DNA of 64,000 bases from Trypanosoma brucei (Eukaryota): contig CP000066.1 in assembly GCA_000002445.1 (NCBI GenBank), positions 1,184,001-1,248,000 of the forward strand, given 5' to 3'. The notes below the pieces were generated by a model that was given only the letters and a program-made list of their open reading frames with translations, searched no databases and was not told the DNA's origin. Each line of letters begins with the position of its first letter. The first letter of the stretch is position 1. This document shows, piece by piece, positions 53,001-64,000 of this stretch. A program made the position numbers and the translations under genes.

Positions 53001-55475
53001 AATTCTGTTCCTTAGTGATTGGGGCCGGCAGATGATTGTCGGCCTCCGGGGGGAGCAGGCATCAAAGTCATCGGTTCTCGGGGATGAAAAGGAACATCAC
53101 CTTACCCTTCTGCAATCGTGAGGGCACCTTTTCGGTGGTCTGTAGGCCAGCACAGTCATCAAGCACGCTCTACAAAAATAACCCGGACACAATCCCACAT
53201 GGATCGCAATGGGGAGCTAGGGAGCTCCCACAGCCGAAAAGATTCGCTTTGGCAAAGCAACTTCACAGTTACGACGTCAATTTCTGAATTTTGCGAGGAT
53301 TACGTGTGCCCAAAGAAGCGGAATACAAAAATGAAATATTAACAGAAGACCATAGAAATTGCACGGCCCTGAAAATGAAGACAGAACCAATACTTGAAAC
53401 GGGTAGCGACGGTATGCTTTGGGCCCCGCGATGTACAGGGAGGTATGAAAGAGCATCGGCTAAATCGATGCCGGGCAGGGGCTATAAGTCACATTTCTGC
53501 CAACATATCCCTAAAAAGCGGAAGCGGCCACAAGGCGAGCGCCGGATTCGCTCCGCCCAACAGTTAGCGCATTGATGACCGGTGCCGATATGAACTGGAG
53601 CAGTCGGGAGTTAGCTCCATACACACAGCCAGGCGAAGCAGGCTGCCTCGTCCAGGGGCATTTGGAAGGGAAACTGAGGAGAGCCAACTCTGGGAAGGCC
53701 GCAATAAAGCCTCGAAGGCGTAACTGGTCCTCACAGCTGGGCGTGGCCACATACGGAGGGTGCTGGGTATTAAACTGGAACTCGAAATTGAACTGAATTA
53801 GCGACAGCAATAGAATCATATTCTAAGTAGGGATGTGCATGAATGCTGATAAAGTCATTTTTTTTGTACTTTCACCACACACTACTCGCAGAATAAGAAC
53901 GATTGAATAGCTTGCCAACAAACACAGGTGCACGGGGTAAAGAATGGCTCGAGCGTGACCCAAAGAAAATAGGAATATAAAGGAGGTTACGCTATTGTCT
54001 CCGGTAAGAATGGAAACACAGACGACAACACCAAAAACAGATACACTGGCGCAACACTTCTTGAGCAAAGAGCTGAAAATCTTCTAAATGGAATGACGTT
54101 ATGTGACAATGTAAGCGGAAAAGTAGCGGAGAAACATAAGGTGAAAAGTCTAATCAAAGGAAAGACACAGAGTGATGGAGAGGAAAAACATTTAAGGCAA
54201 GAAACACAGAAACAGCAGCCATCAACTCAACCAATCAGGAATTCCCACCGAGGTTACAAAACACGCAAGAAATAATTGTCACCAGGCCATTGCCGATAAA
54301 GGGACGGCTGCAGCTGTAATATCACCGGGGGCTGAGGAAGTAAGGACATATTATTTCCATGGAACAAGCAAACTAACGCGCAGTTGCTGAGCAAAAGGTG
54401 TGGCAACGGAAGGAGGACCCAGAGCATTTATTGGCATTTGGGGAAACGGTTAAAGAGCGGAAGGACATTGGCGGCACTCGCCAACTTACTGTCCCCACGA
54501 TTAACTCTAAAAATAGGTCCTGCGAAAGTAAAGGAAGGGATGCTATGATGGACGTGGAAACACAGGGCGAAATTAACCAAAGGCGTAGAACCAACCATCA
54601 GGTCAACGTTTTCACACTGTCGGACAAAGAAAAATTATGAAATGGAGCGAAAACCCAACGAGGGCAACCTCACTTCAAAACAGTGCTCGGCGTGGTAGAC
54701 GGGGATTGCCACCGCAGTGGCGGAAAAGTTGAAAAGGAATGGCGAAGGGAAGCGGTACCCAATGTCTATGGCCAAAAAAAATATGAGAGGTCCTTGCCAA
54801 AGCGTGCCTCCCTCCGGGTAGTTCCGGCGAACTCACTGGAAAGCCAACAGCACGGTCGCGAATAGGGGCGCCCCGCACGTAACCGGGGGCTGTGTAGTGG
54901 GACTGAGAATTTTGTGGCAACTCCTCCTCCTCCTCCTACCTTTTACTGAGGTTCAAGTAACTTTTCCCTTTCCCCAGGAAATTGCAGGTCGAATTTTTGG
55001 CATTTCAGATGATGCGAATTATCGCTGTGAGTCGCTTGTGGCATCAGCAGTAAGAGCCTGGAAACGCCTCCGGGTCGCGTTTAAACCGCCCGGCTTCGAA
55101 CTAGCAGTGTGCGACGCACTGGGCCGGTGCCGTTGCGCACACAAAGAGGGCGGCTGCATTGTCAGCGGCTTATTCCAATATTGCGTGAGGGGCATTTCAG
55201 AAACTGCTGAACTTGTGGCGTTTGAGCATTTTTTCATTTAGAAAGGGAGAAAAGATGAGATATCTGCCATGCTACTTTTCGGATGAAGTAAGTTTGAGCG
55301 TTGCCGCAGCCCTGATAATGCGGCGGTGGGAGTGGTAGTGGCTAGATGATTTTAAATGTTACAGTGATTGGGTGGATGCTGTGGGTGAATTTTAAGTAGG
55401 AAAATGCGACCACTCAGAGGCTGCCTCTCCATTTGAGTTGCTGGTGTTTCGCGTTCGCGCAGGATATCCAATGGG

Positions 55476-56639
55476 TCATACGTCCTTCACTGCCCCTACC
55501 TCCGTCCTGAGTGATTGATGTCGCAAAGCGACATCCTCCACCTTGTAGAACTCCTTCTGCACAAGGTTGTCAAGCGCGTCGGCCACCAGGGCTTTCTGCG
55601 ACAACTGGGACCTGAGTTTCTTGCATTCCATGTCCGCCTGGCAGCTTATACGACTGATGCGTGCGCTAAGGTCGGCCCGACCATTATGTAGTTGCTCGAC
55701 ATCTGAAGATATTACCTCCACGTGTTGTTTTACACGCTGAAGGTTTCGAGTAACCCACTGTCTTGTCGTTTCTATTTCTTCCATGAGCAATGCCCGCGCC
55801 TGCTTCGCCTCGTTACCTAAAGTCACCACGGTGCCCGCAGTCTTGTCAACCTTTTGCTCCAGCGAACTGAGCGACTGGGTAATACCGTCAATTTTTTCTT
55901 GAAGCGGTGGAACCCGTGAATAATCCCGTCCTACTGACATCTCCAAATCCCTTAAAGAGCTTTCCACGAGCCGTAATTTTTCACGAAGGGTATCTTGCGC
56001 CTCTTGCCTTGACAAGTCCTTCTGCTCCGCCTCGCCCCACAGGGATGCGATCCGCTCCTCCACATCTCTTCTCACGTCACTCACTGTGTTTTCTATGCGT
56101 TGTTTCGTTCGTGCCGCTTGCTCTTCTCCGTCGGCTCGGATCTTCGCCAGATCACTCAAAAATGCTTGGTGGGCATCTTCTAATGTTTCCTGTACCTTGG
56201 AAATGATGAATTGTTTGAATGTTTCCATATCCTCTAACCTTGCACAGGCCTGCTCTAACCGTTTTAACCGCGACAGCAGCTCCTGCTGCTGAAACCTGAT
56301 GTCGGCCTCCTTTTCCTCTTGGATTCCTTGGGCTAGTTTCACCAACTTCGTAAGGTTCACCATTTTTTCATCGAACATACACACGCGGGCGGAGAGCTCC
56401 TCTACTCGATCAAGCAACTGCTGAACAGAGAAGGCGCCCTTCAACATCCACTCCACTCGTGACTCGGCGGCTGAGTCCACCTGTGCCGACCTTAAGGGCT
56501 CTTGAGGAGATACACTTTCCTTCTTTCGTGGCCGCAAATATATGTCAGTGTAGTCCATCGCTCGCACTGCGTCGGACAATCGTCTTGTTATGCTTTCCAA
56601 AAATAACAAAAGTAATGTAAAAGAGATGTGGGAGAGCAT
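55476..56639 (-). CDS. Hypothetical coiled-coil protein. The true start may be the internal Met (MDYTDIY...).
   Basis: The 387-aa ORF is dominated by heptad-like E/K/R/L/Q-rich sequence with no recognisable catalytic motif. It fits the same-strand gene run. Confidence 0.45.
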   Translation of the reverse strand: MLSHISFTLLLLFLESITRRLSDAVRAMDYTDIYLRPRKKESVSPQEPLRSAQVDSAAESRVEWMLKGAFSVQQLLDRVEELSARVCMFDEKMVNLTKLVKLAQGIQEEKEADIRFQQQELLSRLKRLEQACARLEDMETFKQFIISKVQETLEDAHQAFLSDLAKIRADGEEQAARTKQRIENTVSDVRRDVEERIASLWGEAEQKDLSRQEAQDTLREKLRLVESSLRDLEMSVGRDYSRVPPLQEKIDGITQSLSSLEQKVDKTAGTVVTLGNEAKQARALLMEEIETTRQWVTRNLQRVKQHVEVISSDVEQLHNGRADLSARISRISCQADMECKKLRSQLSQKALVADALDNLVQKEFYKVEDVALRHQSLRTEVGAVKDV

Positions 56640-56824
56640 GAGGTGAAGAAAACACCAGCAAGTCGAGACGATATCAACTTTTTACACACCACCACTAGTA
56701 GAGTCACCATGGGAACTCTGCTTGTTGTCCGGTCCCTCCATCCTGCATCTATAATCCCGTCTATCCTTTTTATTTTTATTTTTATTTTTTCCACACCTCT
56801 CCCAGTGATAGAAATCATGTACAC

Positions 56825-57487
56825 TCAAACCAGCCTATCGGAATCGTCCACGTAGAGACATGCTTCGAGTGTTTTGTTTTCCACATTCCACCTAACATAT
56901 GCCTTGCCCGCAAACACCTTCTGTGGCAGTGCGGCGCGAAGAAAATACTTTGTAGAGGAAAGCCTAAATTCATATGGATCGACTTCAATAGCTACATCAG
57001 CAATACGGGCCTGTTTCGGCATCGTAACTTTCACAAGCAGGCCGGATGAACCCGTTCTGGTGAAATCCATGCCCAAATACAAGTCCTCCGCCGTGACCTT
57101 TTCTTGGTGAAGAATGGTGTATTCGGGTTCCTCAACACCATCCCTAGGTTTTGTTGTAGTATCCTTTCGGAACTGATGAACTTCGTTGAGTTCGTCATCT
57201 GTCCAGATTGCGTAACCCTTAGGCCTTCGAGCTTGATGCTGTTTTGCCTGAATTCTTTTTGCTTCCCGACTTTCTGAAGGGATTGGGAGGCATAACTGCT
57301 GATCGATTACCGTCGCGGGAAGGGGGATATTCGATGGGTTTGGAGCGGCGGCGCTGTCGCCATGGTTCACGACGGCCGTCGGCGCCGTTTCCTGCAAACT
57401 GTAGCCAACGGATTGGCCGTCAGGGCGTTTAAAACCGTGGTTTCTGTCTAGAAGCTGGGCGAGGCTCTGAATGTCACTATAAGACAT
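56825..57487 (-). CDS. Hypothetical protein whose C-terminal domain is PIH1/CS-like (a possible dynein-arm or R2TP-type assembly factor).
   Basis: The 220-aa ORF has a C-terminal ~90 aa (LLVKVTMPKQARIADVAIEVDPYEFRLSSTKYFLRAALPQKVFAGKAYVRWNVENKTLEACLYV) that matches the alternating pattern of PIH1 C-terminal CS domains. Confidence 0.3.
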   Translation of the reverse strand: MSYSDIQSLAQLLDRNHGFKRPDGQSVGYSLQETAPTAVVNHGDSAAAPNPSNIPLPATVIDQQLCLPIPSESREAKRIQAKQHQARRPKGYAIWTDDELNEVHQFRKDTTTKPRDGVEEPEYTILHQEKVTAEDLYLGMDFTRTGSSGLLVKVTMPKQARIADVAIEVDPYEFRLSSTKYFLRAALPQKVFAGKAYVRWNVENKTLEACLYVDDSDRLV

Positions 57488-57844
57488 TTCCGCTTCCCTT
57501 TCCTTTCTTTTCCACTAACCGACTGACTTCCACTCACTTTCTACCAACACTACATTATGGTGTCGTCATCCCCAAGGGGGGGGGGGAAAGCAAAAACGCA
57601 ACACACAACACAGTGCCAATAAGGAGTGGGAGGTGATAGATAGTAACGGTCAACTTTTTTTTTCACCTCCTCGGCACGATAGGCGCTGCTGAGGAGGTTA
57701 GTGGAGGTGAGTGAGATGGAAAACACGTGAAGGGGGAGGTTTAGCTGTCAACTGTAACATAAGGCCCGCATGTACGTCTGTTGTTGCGTCCTGTGCCATT
57801 CGCACCGCCCCCTCCACCACCTCGCAAGGCTGAATCAATTCGTA

Positions 57845-59176
57845 TCACATTTTGCTCGCATTTTCCAGGAGGGGATCCAAAAGCAGTCTGTCGAGTACTT
57901 GGCGGATCTCGGGCTTGAAAACAACAAGAGAAATATACTGTTTGGCCTGGAACGCAGTAAGAACGGAAGTGCGCATACAGCCGTCTTCTATGATTATGGT
58001 ATTGAGCACCTTGTGATCCATCTCTGTAAATGGCATACGTGCCAGCTTTGAGGGGGATTCCCTCGACCACAATCGGAGCAACTTAAGTGCATCTTTGCTG
58101 AGATACCTTAGCGGCAGACTATTCTTCGGATGCTCCACTACAACGTACATGGTGCGGATCAACGACTCATACGCAGCTACGAGGTTTTGCTGCGTGTTCT
58201 CACGAACCTCCAAAACCTTTTTTGCGTTGTAAAACTCCATGAACTGCAGTGCGTTTTCTGGCCAACGCAGCACCGCGTACGCTAATGGTTCTTCATTCTC
58301 TTTAAAGTGCCTGAGGACTGAGCTCATGGAGTGCGCTTGCTGCGTGTGTTCCACCATCTCCCGTATGAGTGGTTCAATTTTTCCCAGATAGTGCTGAATG
58401 TCAGGTATTCCCGCTGCCCGTTGAAACAATCCACGTACAGCCTCCTGAGCATTAAATATGGCCGCCAAACGCGGTTTGGATGCCACCGCCGCTCCCGCCT
58501 GCGCCGCGACTGCATCGTCTTGAATGGGATGCAGTTGCACAATGTAGCCACAATGCGGCCGAAGCGTGTTGATCGGGTTTGGCTCCCGGAGGTAGGTTAT
58601 GATGTCCCCGTCATCAGCCTTATGCTGGTACAGGGTATTTTCAATGAATAGTTTGCACCCCGGTGACTCAAACGTGATGGCAGGCGCTCGGTCTTCTACC
58701 GCACGACATGCGGCAAGTACGGCACCGAGGCTATGACCGGTATAACTAATGAACCACTCCCCTTCACCTTCCCCCTTTGTAGCACTCAAATGGATCCGCA
58801 CCTGCTTGGAAAATTGTTGGGCCAGGCTAAACAAGATAGTCCTTTCGTTGAAGTAATACCAAACCCCCGAGCGCAAGCTCAACGCATCAGCCGTTCCACG
58901 GTGAGCGATGATACAGTGACGCAGTTCTTCATTTATATATGAAGCAGCGAAGTAGCCATCTTTGTCTAGCCCCAATTCCGCGGCCGTCAGGTGGAGGTTC
59001 CAGGGTTTAGGCAGCGGAGGCGCGTCAGCGATGCCGTAGACATGTAATGAAAGGAGCGCGTACACGTAATGCGAGACAAGCGGAAGCGAGGGAACTTCGT
59101 CTGGCGTCAGCTTCGATAGTGAACTTGGGGACGTCGTTTCTGGCTTAGCGGGGAGGAAGTTGTAAAAGATACTCAT
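57845..59176 (-). CDS. Class-3 lipase / alpha-beta hydrolase-like protein.
   Basis: The 443-aa ORF has a GxSxG nucleophile elbow in the typical Lipase_3 context (WFISYTGHSLGAVLAACRAVED). Confidence 0.5.
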   Translation of the reverse strand: MSIFYNFLPAKPETTSPSSLSKLTPDEVPSLPLVSHYVYALLSLHVYGIADAPPLPKPWNLHLTAAELGLDKDGYFAASYINEELRHCIIAHRGTADALSLRSGVWYYFNERTILFSLAQQFSKQVRIHLSATKGEGEGEWFISYTGHSLGAVLAACRAVEDRAPAITFESPGCKLFIENTLYQHKADDGDIITYLREPNPINTLRPHCGYIVQLHPIQDDAVAAQAGAAVASKPRLAAIFNAQEAVRGLFQRAAGIPDIQHYLGKIEPLIREMVEHTQQAHSMSSVLRHFKENEEPLAYAVLRWPENALQFMEFYNAKKVLEVRENTQQNLVAAYESLIRTMYVVVEHPKNSLPLRYLSKDALKLLRLWSRESPSKLARMPFTEMDHKVLNTIIIEDGCMRTSVLTAFQAKQYISLVVFKPEIRQVLDRLLLDPLLENASKM

Positions 59177-59454
59177 CTCGCCGCCTCAGCGAGTGATGAC
59201 TGTAAACAAACGAGGGGGGAACGGAAAAAGCTATTTTCCTCACCCATGCCGTCGAAACAAACGAGCCAGGGAAAAAGAGAAACCAAATTAGATAAAAAGG
59301 ACGGATAGAGTGACCCGTGGTGAAGGTGTGTGCCATTGGGTTTGCAGAGGGTGTGAAACTACAGATTAGAATGAAATGGATTGAGTATGCGTTGGCATGT
59401 GCTCCGGTGAGCAACACATTCCTTTCGGCTGACTGGAGGTGACGTGGTAACTAA

Positions 59455-61335
59455 CTAGCGCTGAACACGTTCCCTCCATTCCCGTTGTGCGAGGGCCTCG
59501 AGGGTGCGCCTCACCTGCCAAAGTTCCCTTTGCCTCGGGGGTTTGACTGCCTCTATCCATGGCGGTTGGGACCGGGGAAGGCGGTGGCGCTGCCGTGTGA
59601 AGCGCATGATTGGCGCAACCACAGTAGCCTCATCCACGAGCCCACGGGGTGCTTCCTTCCCCTGCAACTGATGGATGGCAGCAAGACGGGAGGTAATCTT
59701 CGAGTTTAGCGAGTATCCGACTAGTGGCGGACCTGCACCAGTTGTTTTGCCATCGTTGAGGAGTGCGCGCGCCTCCATCATGAGAGTTTCGTAGTCGCTG
59801 TTTTTCAGTGTGGGTTGCGTCAGAACCCATTTAAGCGCAATAGATAACCACTGAGCTCTCGCGTAGTCGGACGCGTCGGCTTGAAGTTCCCTTTTCAACA
59901 CCATGTAATATTTAAAGAAGCTGACGTGCTCCATTTCCTGCACGATACGAAGGAACAATGTCGCATTTCTTACGGAGAAACCGGCGCGGCTTAGACATCC
60001 GTCGACATGGGTAAGATGTTTTTCCACACGTTGGACAAGTTCTTCCCCAAGGAACAAATTGTGCCGGCTATACAACAAATCAAGATACAAATACTCCTCT
60101 CCTGTCTGTTTCACGTGACCAGACTCCTCTAGCGTGCGGAGCACCTTTTTGAAGTCCTTCACTCGACACTTTGCCAGGGCCACAAGACACGGGAAGATAC
60201 TATGTGGTGATGGCGAAGAGGGCTGGCGTTCACTAAGAAGCGCTTGCAGGCACCACACGGCAAGTTCCCCATCCCCCGCGTCACCAGCAAGTCTTGCTGC
60301 ACTGTGTATTACCATCGCCGAGGGAATATACCCCACCAACGCTTCGCGGATGCGCCCAAACCATACAACCCCCGCCTTACTAAACGACGATGAACTGAAG
60401 TACGTTAGACAATGCTGCAAAAGGGTGTCATCAGGATGGTTCGCTCTGGAAAGTAGGCAGTCACGGGAAACATTCACATAGCGGCCCGCCAAGTCCCAGC
60501 GTTCACCCTTCACACACGAGCGCAGCATCGCCACTAGGCAGGGTGGCTCTACCCACTTCAGAAATTCCTCGCCATGGTAATTCTCCCAACAGGAAAAGAA
60601 CTGCTCGTAAACCGCAGCTTCCCCCTTGTCTTTCTGGTGGTACAACACGAGCCGTTTGACCCTTGCCCACCAATCGCTAAACAGAACGTCATCTGGGAGC
60701 TTAAGGAGGCGAAATGCTTCCTCCGAAACCGCACGGTAGCGCCCGAGAACTGTCTCGCGCTGCTTTGCCGCACCTCGTTCCCCCCTGTCCTCACTCCATT
60801 CCTTACGGCTACGTTCGATGCACACGAAACACCTTGTACTCTGCCAGAATATACGAAGAACGATGACTGCTTCATGGGATGCCAGGCCCCGAGTGAGAGA
60901 TGTACCGTCACTATTAGATAGGCACTTTTGTAAGTACTCCGGATCCAACGTGCATGCGGCAGCATTAATAACAAGGTCATTTAGAGTGACAGGGCCCATC
61001 TTGCGGCAGCTAAAAAACATTTCCGCACACTCCGCATGCAACCCCGCAGCGTGGGCCATTCGACAGGCTTCTTTGCAAAGTCGTGCCTTGCGAGAGTCAG
61101 AGCACTGAATGAGTTTTCTCATCAACTTTCCCAACTGTTTAATGTCGATGAGGCCGCTGGATTTTGACAACGAGCGCAAGCTGGCTTCCAAAGTGTCGAC
61201 TCCCTCCGTTGCTGTCGGCACAAGTGTTGTCACTGCTCGCCCTTGAATACACCGGGAGAGTGCACTAACTAACCGTTGCATTTTAAATAAGCATCGGCGG
61301 CGGAACTGCGTTACCCTTTCCCGAAAAACAGACAA
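59455..61335 (-). CDS. Hypothetical helical-repeat protein with a mitochondrial-presequence-like N-terminus (possibly PPR/TPR-like).
   Basis: The 626-aa ORF has an Arg-rich amphipathic N-terminus (MSVFRERVTQFRRRCLFKMQRLVSALSR) and the rest is predicted alpha-helical repeats. No catalytic motif was recognised. Confidence 0.35.
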   Translation of the reverse strand: MSVFRERVTQFRRRCLFKMQRLVSALSRCIQGRAVTTLVPTATEGVDTLEASLRSLSKSSGLIDIKQLGKLMRKLIQCSDSRKARLCKEACRMAHAAGLHAECAEMFFSCRKMGPVTLNDLVINAAACTLDPEYLQKCLSNSDGTSLTRGLASHEAVIVLRIFWQSTRCFVCIERSRKEWSEDRGERGAAKQRETVLGRYRAVSEEAFRLLKLPDDVLFSDWWARVKRLVLYHQKDKGEAAVYEQFFSCWENYHGEEFLKWVEPPCLVAMLRSCVKGERWDLAGRYVNVSRDCLLSRANHPDDTLLQHCLTYFSSSSFSKAGVVWFGRIREALVGYIPSAMVIHSAARLAGDAGDGELAVWCLQALLSERQPSSPSPHSIFPCLVALAKCRVKDFKKVLRTLEESGHVKQTGEEYLYLDLLYSRHNLFLGEELVQRVEKHLTHVDGCLSRAGFSVRNATLFLRIVQEMEHVSFFKYYMVLKRELQADASDYARAQWLSIALKWVLTQPTLKNSDYETLMMEARALLNDGKTTGAGPPLVGYSLNSKITSRLAAIHQLQGKEAPRGLVDEATVVAPIMRFTRQRHRLPRSQPPWIEAVKPPRQRELWQVRRTLEALAQREWRERVQR

Positions 61336-61828
61336 ACAGATATAGACGTGAAGCGGTGTGTGTGTGTGTGATCCCAGTCTAACGAAGGTTCATATGAATT
61401 TCCGTGCAACACTGCTCTGCAGATTGTAGCTCACTAAGCACCCATATTCCAGAATAACAAAAACGTCATTTTTTCTTTAAATAGTCTGATTTAATTTAAA
61501 AAATTTTCTATTAATGTGTTCGAGCCAGTCCACATGTAAAAACCATTGCGGACTATTTTCACCCGATGCATTACCTTCATACACAACAATTGTGTTATAC
61601 TTTTGTTGCGATGTTGTCGTCGACGCCTTGGCATTGTCGCTGTGGAAACTGAAATGAGGCTGCAAATTAGAAAAATCAAAGTAAAGGGGGGAGGGGAAAC
61701 AACCGTGGGTCAACAGCAACACCAACAACTCCAATAATAACGGATTCCGAAGTGACGGATATTGAAATGCGATAAGTGGTGCCACTGAACCTGCCAACTG
61801 CCGTGGCGTTTGTAACCGTGCGCGGACG

Positions 61829-62869
61829 TTACCGTTTGGCCCTTCCTCTTTTCTGCGGTCCAGTTTTCTTTGGAGATGTTTTTTTCTTAGATGTGCTATG
61901 GTGTTCCAAAATTGCCTTGACGCAATTCGTCCTGTTCAGCCCCTTCTTAAGACCCAACTCTCCCTTGGCGAACGCAACAAGTTCAGACGCGAGGTAGTGG
62001 TTTCGCAGTTCGAACTCGGTAATTTCCGGATCGTACAACTTCCGCCGTAATTCCCGCACGATCGCTTTGGGGATGACAGATGGATTTTCAAGCATAAACG
62101 TAGCGACGTTCTCGCTTGTTAGCAGTACCTCCTCGTTGTTTTCATTTTCTTGATCTCTCTCAGTATCCTCTTCTTCTTCAGCGTTGACTGCCTCGCAGCA
62201 CTGCTCATATGAAGCTATGAGCCAATCCACCATGTCACTCTCTTTTGCTTCATTACCATATGAAGGTGGAAAAACAACATCGATGATGAAATCCTCTACT
62301 GCATTGGGGAGCTCAGCAGCCCTACCGCGTGCCGCCTCCAGCACCTCAGGTTTAACACCGCACGCCACCACGAGGGCGTCATTTTCTTTATGGCTTCTGC
62401 CATTCATCCATCCATCGATGGCGTCGATAAGAAACTGCTCGGATATTTTCACACTGCCGCTGCTAACCTTTTCGTTGCCATCCGTGTTGAGTGCGACGGC
62501 CTCCTGCAAACGCAACCGAGCCCACACCGGTAAAGCGCTGTCAACAACTTCGTCAAATTCCTGCAGTGACGGAGGCTTTAGAACCCCTTCACCAAATACG
62601 GTGGGAGTTTCATTGGGATCCCCCACCAATAGAAGCAACTGCTCCCGCTCCTTTTCATCAGCGAAGAGACGTGTGATGTTGGCGCGTAATGCGTGGAGGC
62701 CGCTGCGCAGGATGTTGTGCATCACAGTCCCGGCACCAACCGTCCGATCGGGGTTTATGAAGGTGCCGTCACTTTTTAAGTCATTTGCGTGGGAAAAACG
62801 CTGAAGGCCAACGACATCCAGAAAAGCAAGTAGTCGAAAGAGTGGGTTATCCTTCCATTTCTCTATCAT
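61829..62869 (-). CDS. Hypothetical protein with an acidic central stretch and a basic NLS-like C-terminal tail.
   Basis: The 346-aa ORF has an acidic run (EEEEDTERDQENENNEE) and a C-terminus KKKTSPKKTGPQKRGRAKR. A purine-rich tract on the plus strand upstream (63040-63100) corresponds to a polypyrimidine tract on the coding strand. Confidence 0.4.
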   Translation of the reverse strand: MIEKWKDNPLFRLLAFLDVVGLQRFSHANDLKSDGTFINPDRTVGAGTVMHNILRSGLHALRANITRLFADEKEREQLLLLVGDPNETPTVFGEGVLKPPSLQEFDEVVDSALPVWARLRLQEAVALNTDGNEKVSSGSVKISEQFLIDAIDGWMNGRSHKENDALVVACGVKPEVLEAARGRAAELPNAVEDFIIDVVFPPSYGNEAKESDMVDWLIASYEQCCEAVNAEEEEDTERDQENENNEEVLLTSENVATFMLENPSVIPKAIVRELRRKLYDPEITEFELRNHYLASELVAFAKGELGLKKGLNRTNCVKAILEHHSTSKKKTSPKKTGPQKRGRAKR

Positions 62870-64000
62870 TTACTTTTCCACCTCCACCTCCAGTTCAGAA
62901 TCAATCCTACGAGTGTTTGAGTGTACAGCTCCAAAAAGGAAAGCGATATCAGGACAACAAATTGCTTCCTTTTACCTACTACTGGAGGGTTGGGTTTATG
63001 ACGAACCCTCCCTCCCAATAGTTTTTTTAAAAAAAAGGTGGAGGCAAAAAAAAAAAAACCAGTAACAAAACCAACAAAAGTAATAAGGAGAAACAGAAGC
63101 ACTTCGAAAGTCCCGGTTCTTTCTTTTCTTTTTCACACTACTTACACTATCAATGGGTGACGTTTACCAGTTGTGGTGCGTATGCGCAGAAGTTTCTCGG
63201 ATAAAGGGGCGATGTTTCAAACTTTCTATTTGTTTTTTTTTACCTGTTTGTGTCGGAAAATGACCCTCACAAACACCTGTTCATTTAAACGCACTTAACG
63301 TGAACGGCAACGTCCTTGAATGGACACAAAACCAAAAACGAAAAGAAAGTAGAAGAGACCTTTAGCCATGTTTATAGAACACCAACAACTTTTGTCGTGG
63401 AACTCCCTTACTTCTCACTGAGGATACAGTATCATCCAAGGCTTCTTCTGTCTCACGGTCTTCTTTTATCTTTTTCTTTTATATTTGTTTCACCATAATA
63501 ATGTGTATATTTCCTCAGTCCTCCTAACACAGCCTTTTCTTCACTCCACTTCACCTTTTTTTCATATATATATATATTTGTACGCATCTTTCCCCCCTTT
63601 TTCCAGTCACCACATGTGTTTAGTAATCTCACCCAAACGTATGTCTTGCCCATCCTGTGATTAGACAAAAACAAAAACAAAAAGAGAAGAGAAAAAAGAC
63701 ACCACCACCGCCAGCTGCTGCTACCATCCCAACAACAGCACGGAAGAAGATATTACGAATTGCGACTTATTTCTTCCGTTCTCAACGCAACCAATTGATA
63801 ACGGTGCAGCGGATTGTGAAGCACAACTATTCGTCTAGACCGTGACGTCTCAGAACACATGTTAGCACTACCGTCGTTACAACCATCATTTGCTTTATCA
63901 TTCCGAGAGACGCCTTCACGCTCTCGACATCGTTTCCGCTGCGTGACGAGCGGCTGGGTTGGGAACAACACCCCCGTCTTTTTGTCCCTCAGCATCGCGT

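Noticed and set aside
63753-63995. An 80-aa minus-strand ORF at the window edge that could be the C-terminus of a gene extending beyond 64000.
   Set aside because: Only 5 nt of upstream sequence are available and the composition is unremarkable. I cannot distinguish a real gene end from a chance ORF.
1-64000. An operon or prokaryotic interpretation of the long same-strand gene run.
   Set aside because: The encoded proteins are eukaryotic (RPS15A, DPH1, BRCT, MORN, RING-CH, PFR). Intergenic regions carry polypyrimidine/AG trans-splicing signatures and poly-A/T microsatellites. The tRNAs are eukaryotic class-II types with Pol III oligo-T terminators.

Overview
This window looks like nuclear DNA from a kinetoplastid, most plausibly an African trypanosome of the Trypanosoma brucei group. 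The reasons are long same-strand gene runs with no introns, (TA)n and poly-A/T-rich intergenic DNA, and a tandem array of a flagellar structural gene. Every confident protein-coding gene I can support (about 25) is on the minus strand, so the window belongs to head-to-tail polycistronic transcription units read from high to low coordinates.

The dominant feature is five tandem copies (2163-bp period, ~24.84-35.34 kb) of a 589-aa paraflagellar-rod major-component gene of the PFR1/PFR2 family. All five copies and their spacers are identical except for one synonymous substitution in the distal copy.

A ~10-kb stretch (45.3-55.5 kb) has no convincing protein-coding ORF. It contains three Pol III tRNA genes, tRNA-Ser(AGA) on the plus strand and tRNA-Leu(CAA) and tRNA-Ser(CGA) on the minus strand. 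It also contains a GC-rich segment with a perfect ~52-bp inverted repeat. I read this stretch as an internal boundary where one transcription unit ends and the next begins.

The other genes are typical eukaryotic housekeeping and organelle genes:
- a RING-CH multipass membrane protein
- a membrane subtilase with EGF-like/CUB-like modules
- a thioredoxin-like protein
- a tandem-hotdog acyl-CoA thioesterase
- a MORN-repeat protein
- a MutS homologue
- DPH1
- a multi-BRCT protein
- ribosomal protein S15a
- a DENN-like protein
- an Omp85/SAM50-like barrel protein
- a redox-dead lipoamide-dehydrogenase paralogue
- a class-3 lipase
- several hypothetical proteins

A gene that runs off the 5' edge of the window on the minus strand (1..1220) is missing from the ORF track because it has no in-window stop codon.

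I see no prokaryotic systems such as CRISPR or operons, and no clear mobile element. All functional assignments are from motif recognition by eye, since no searches could be run.
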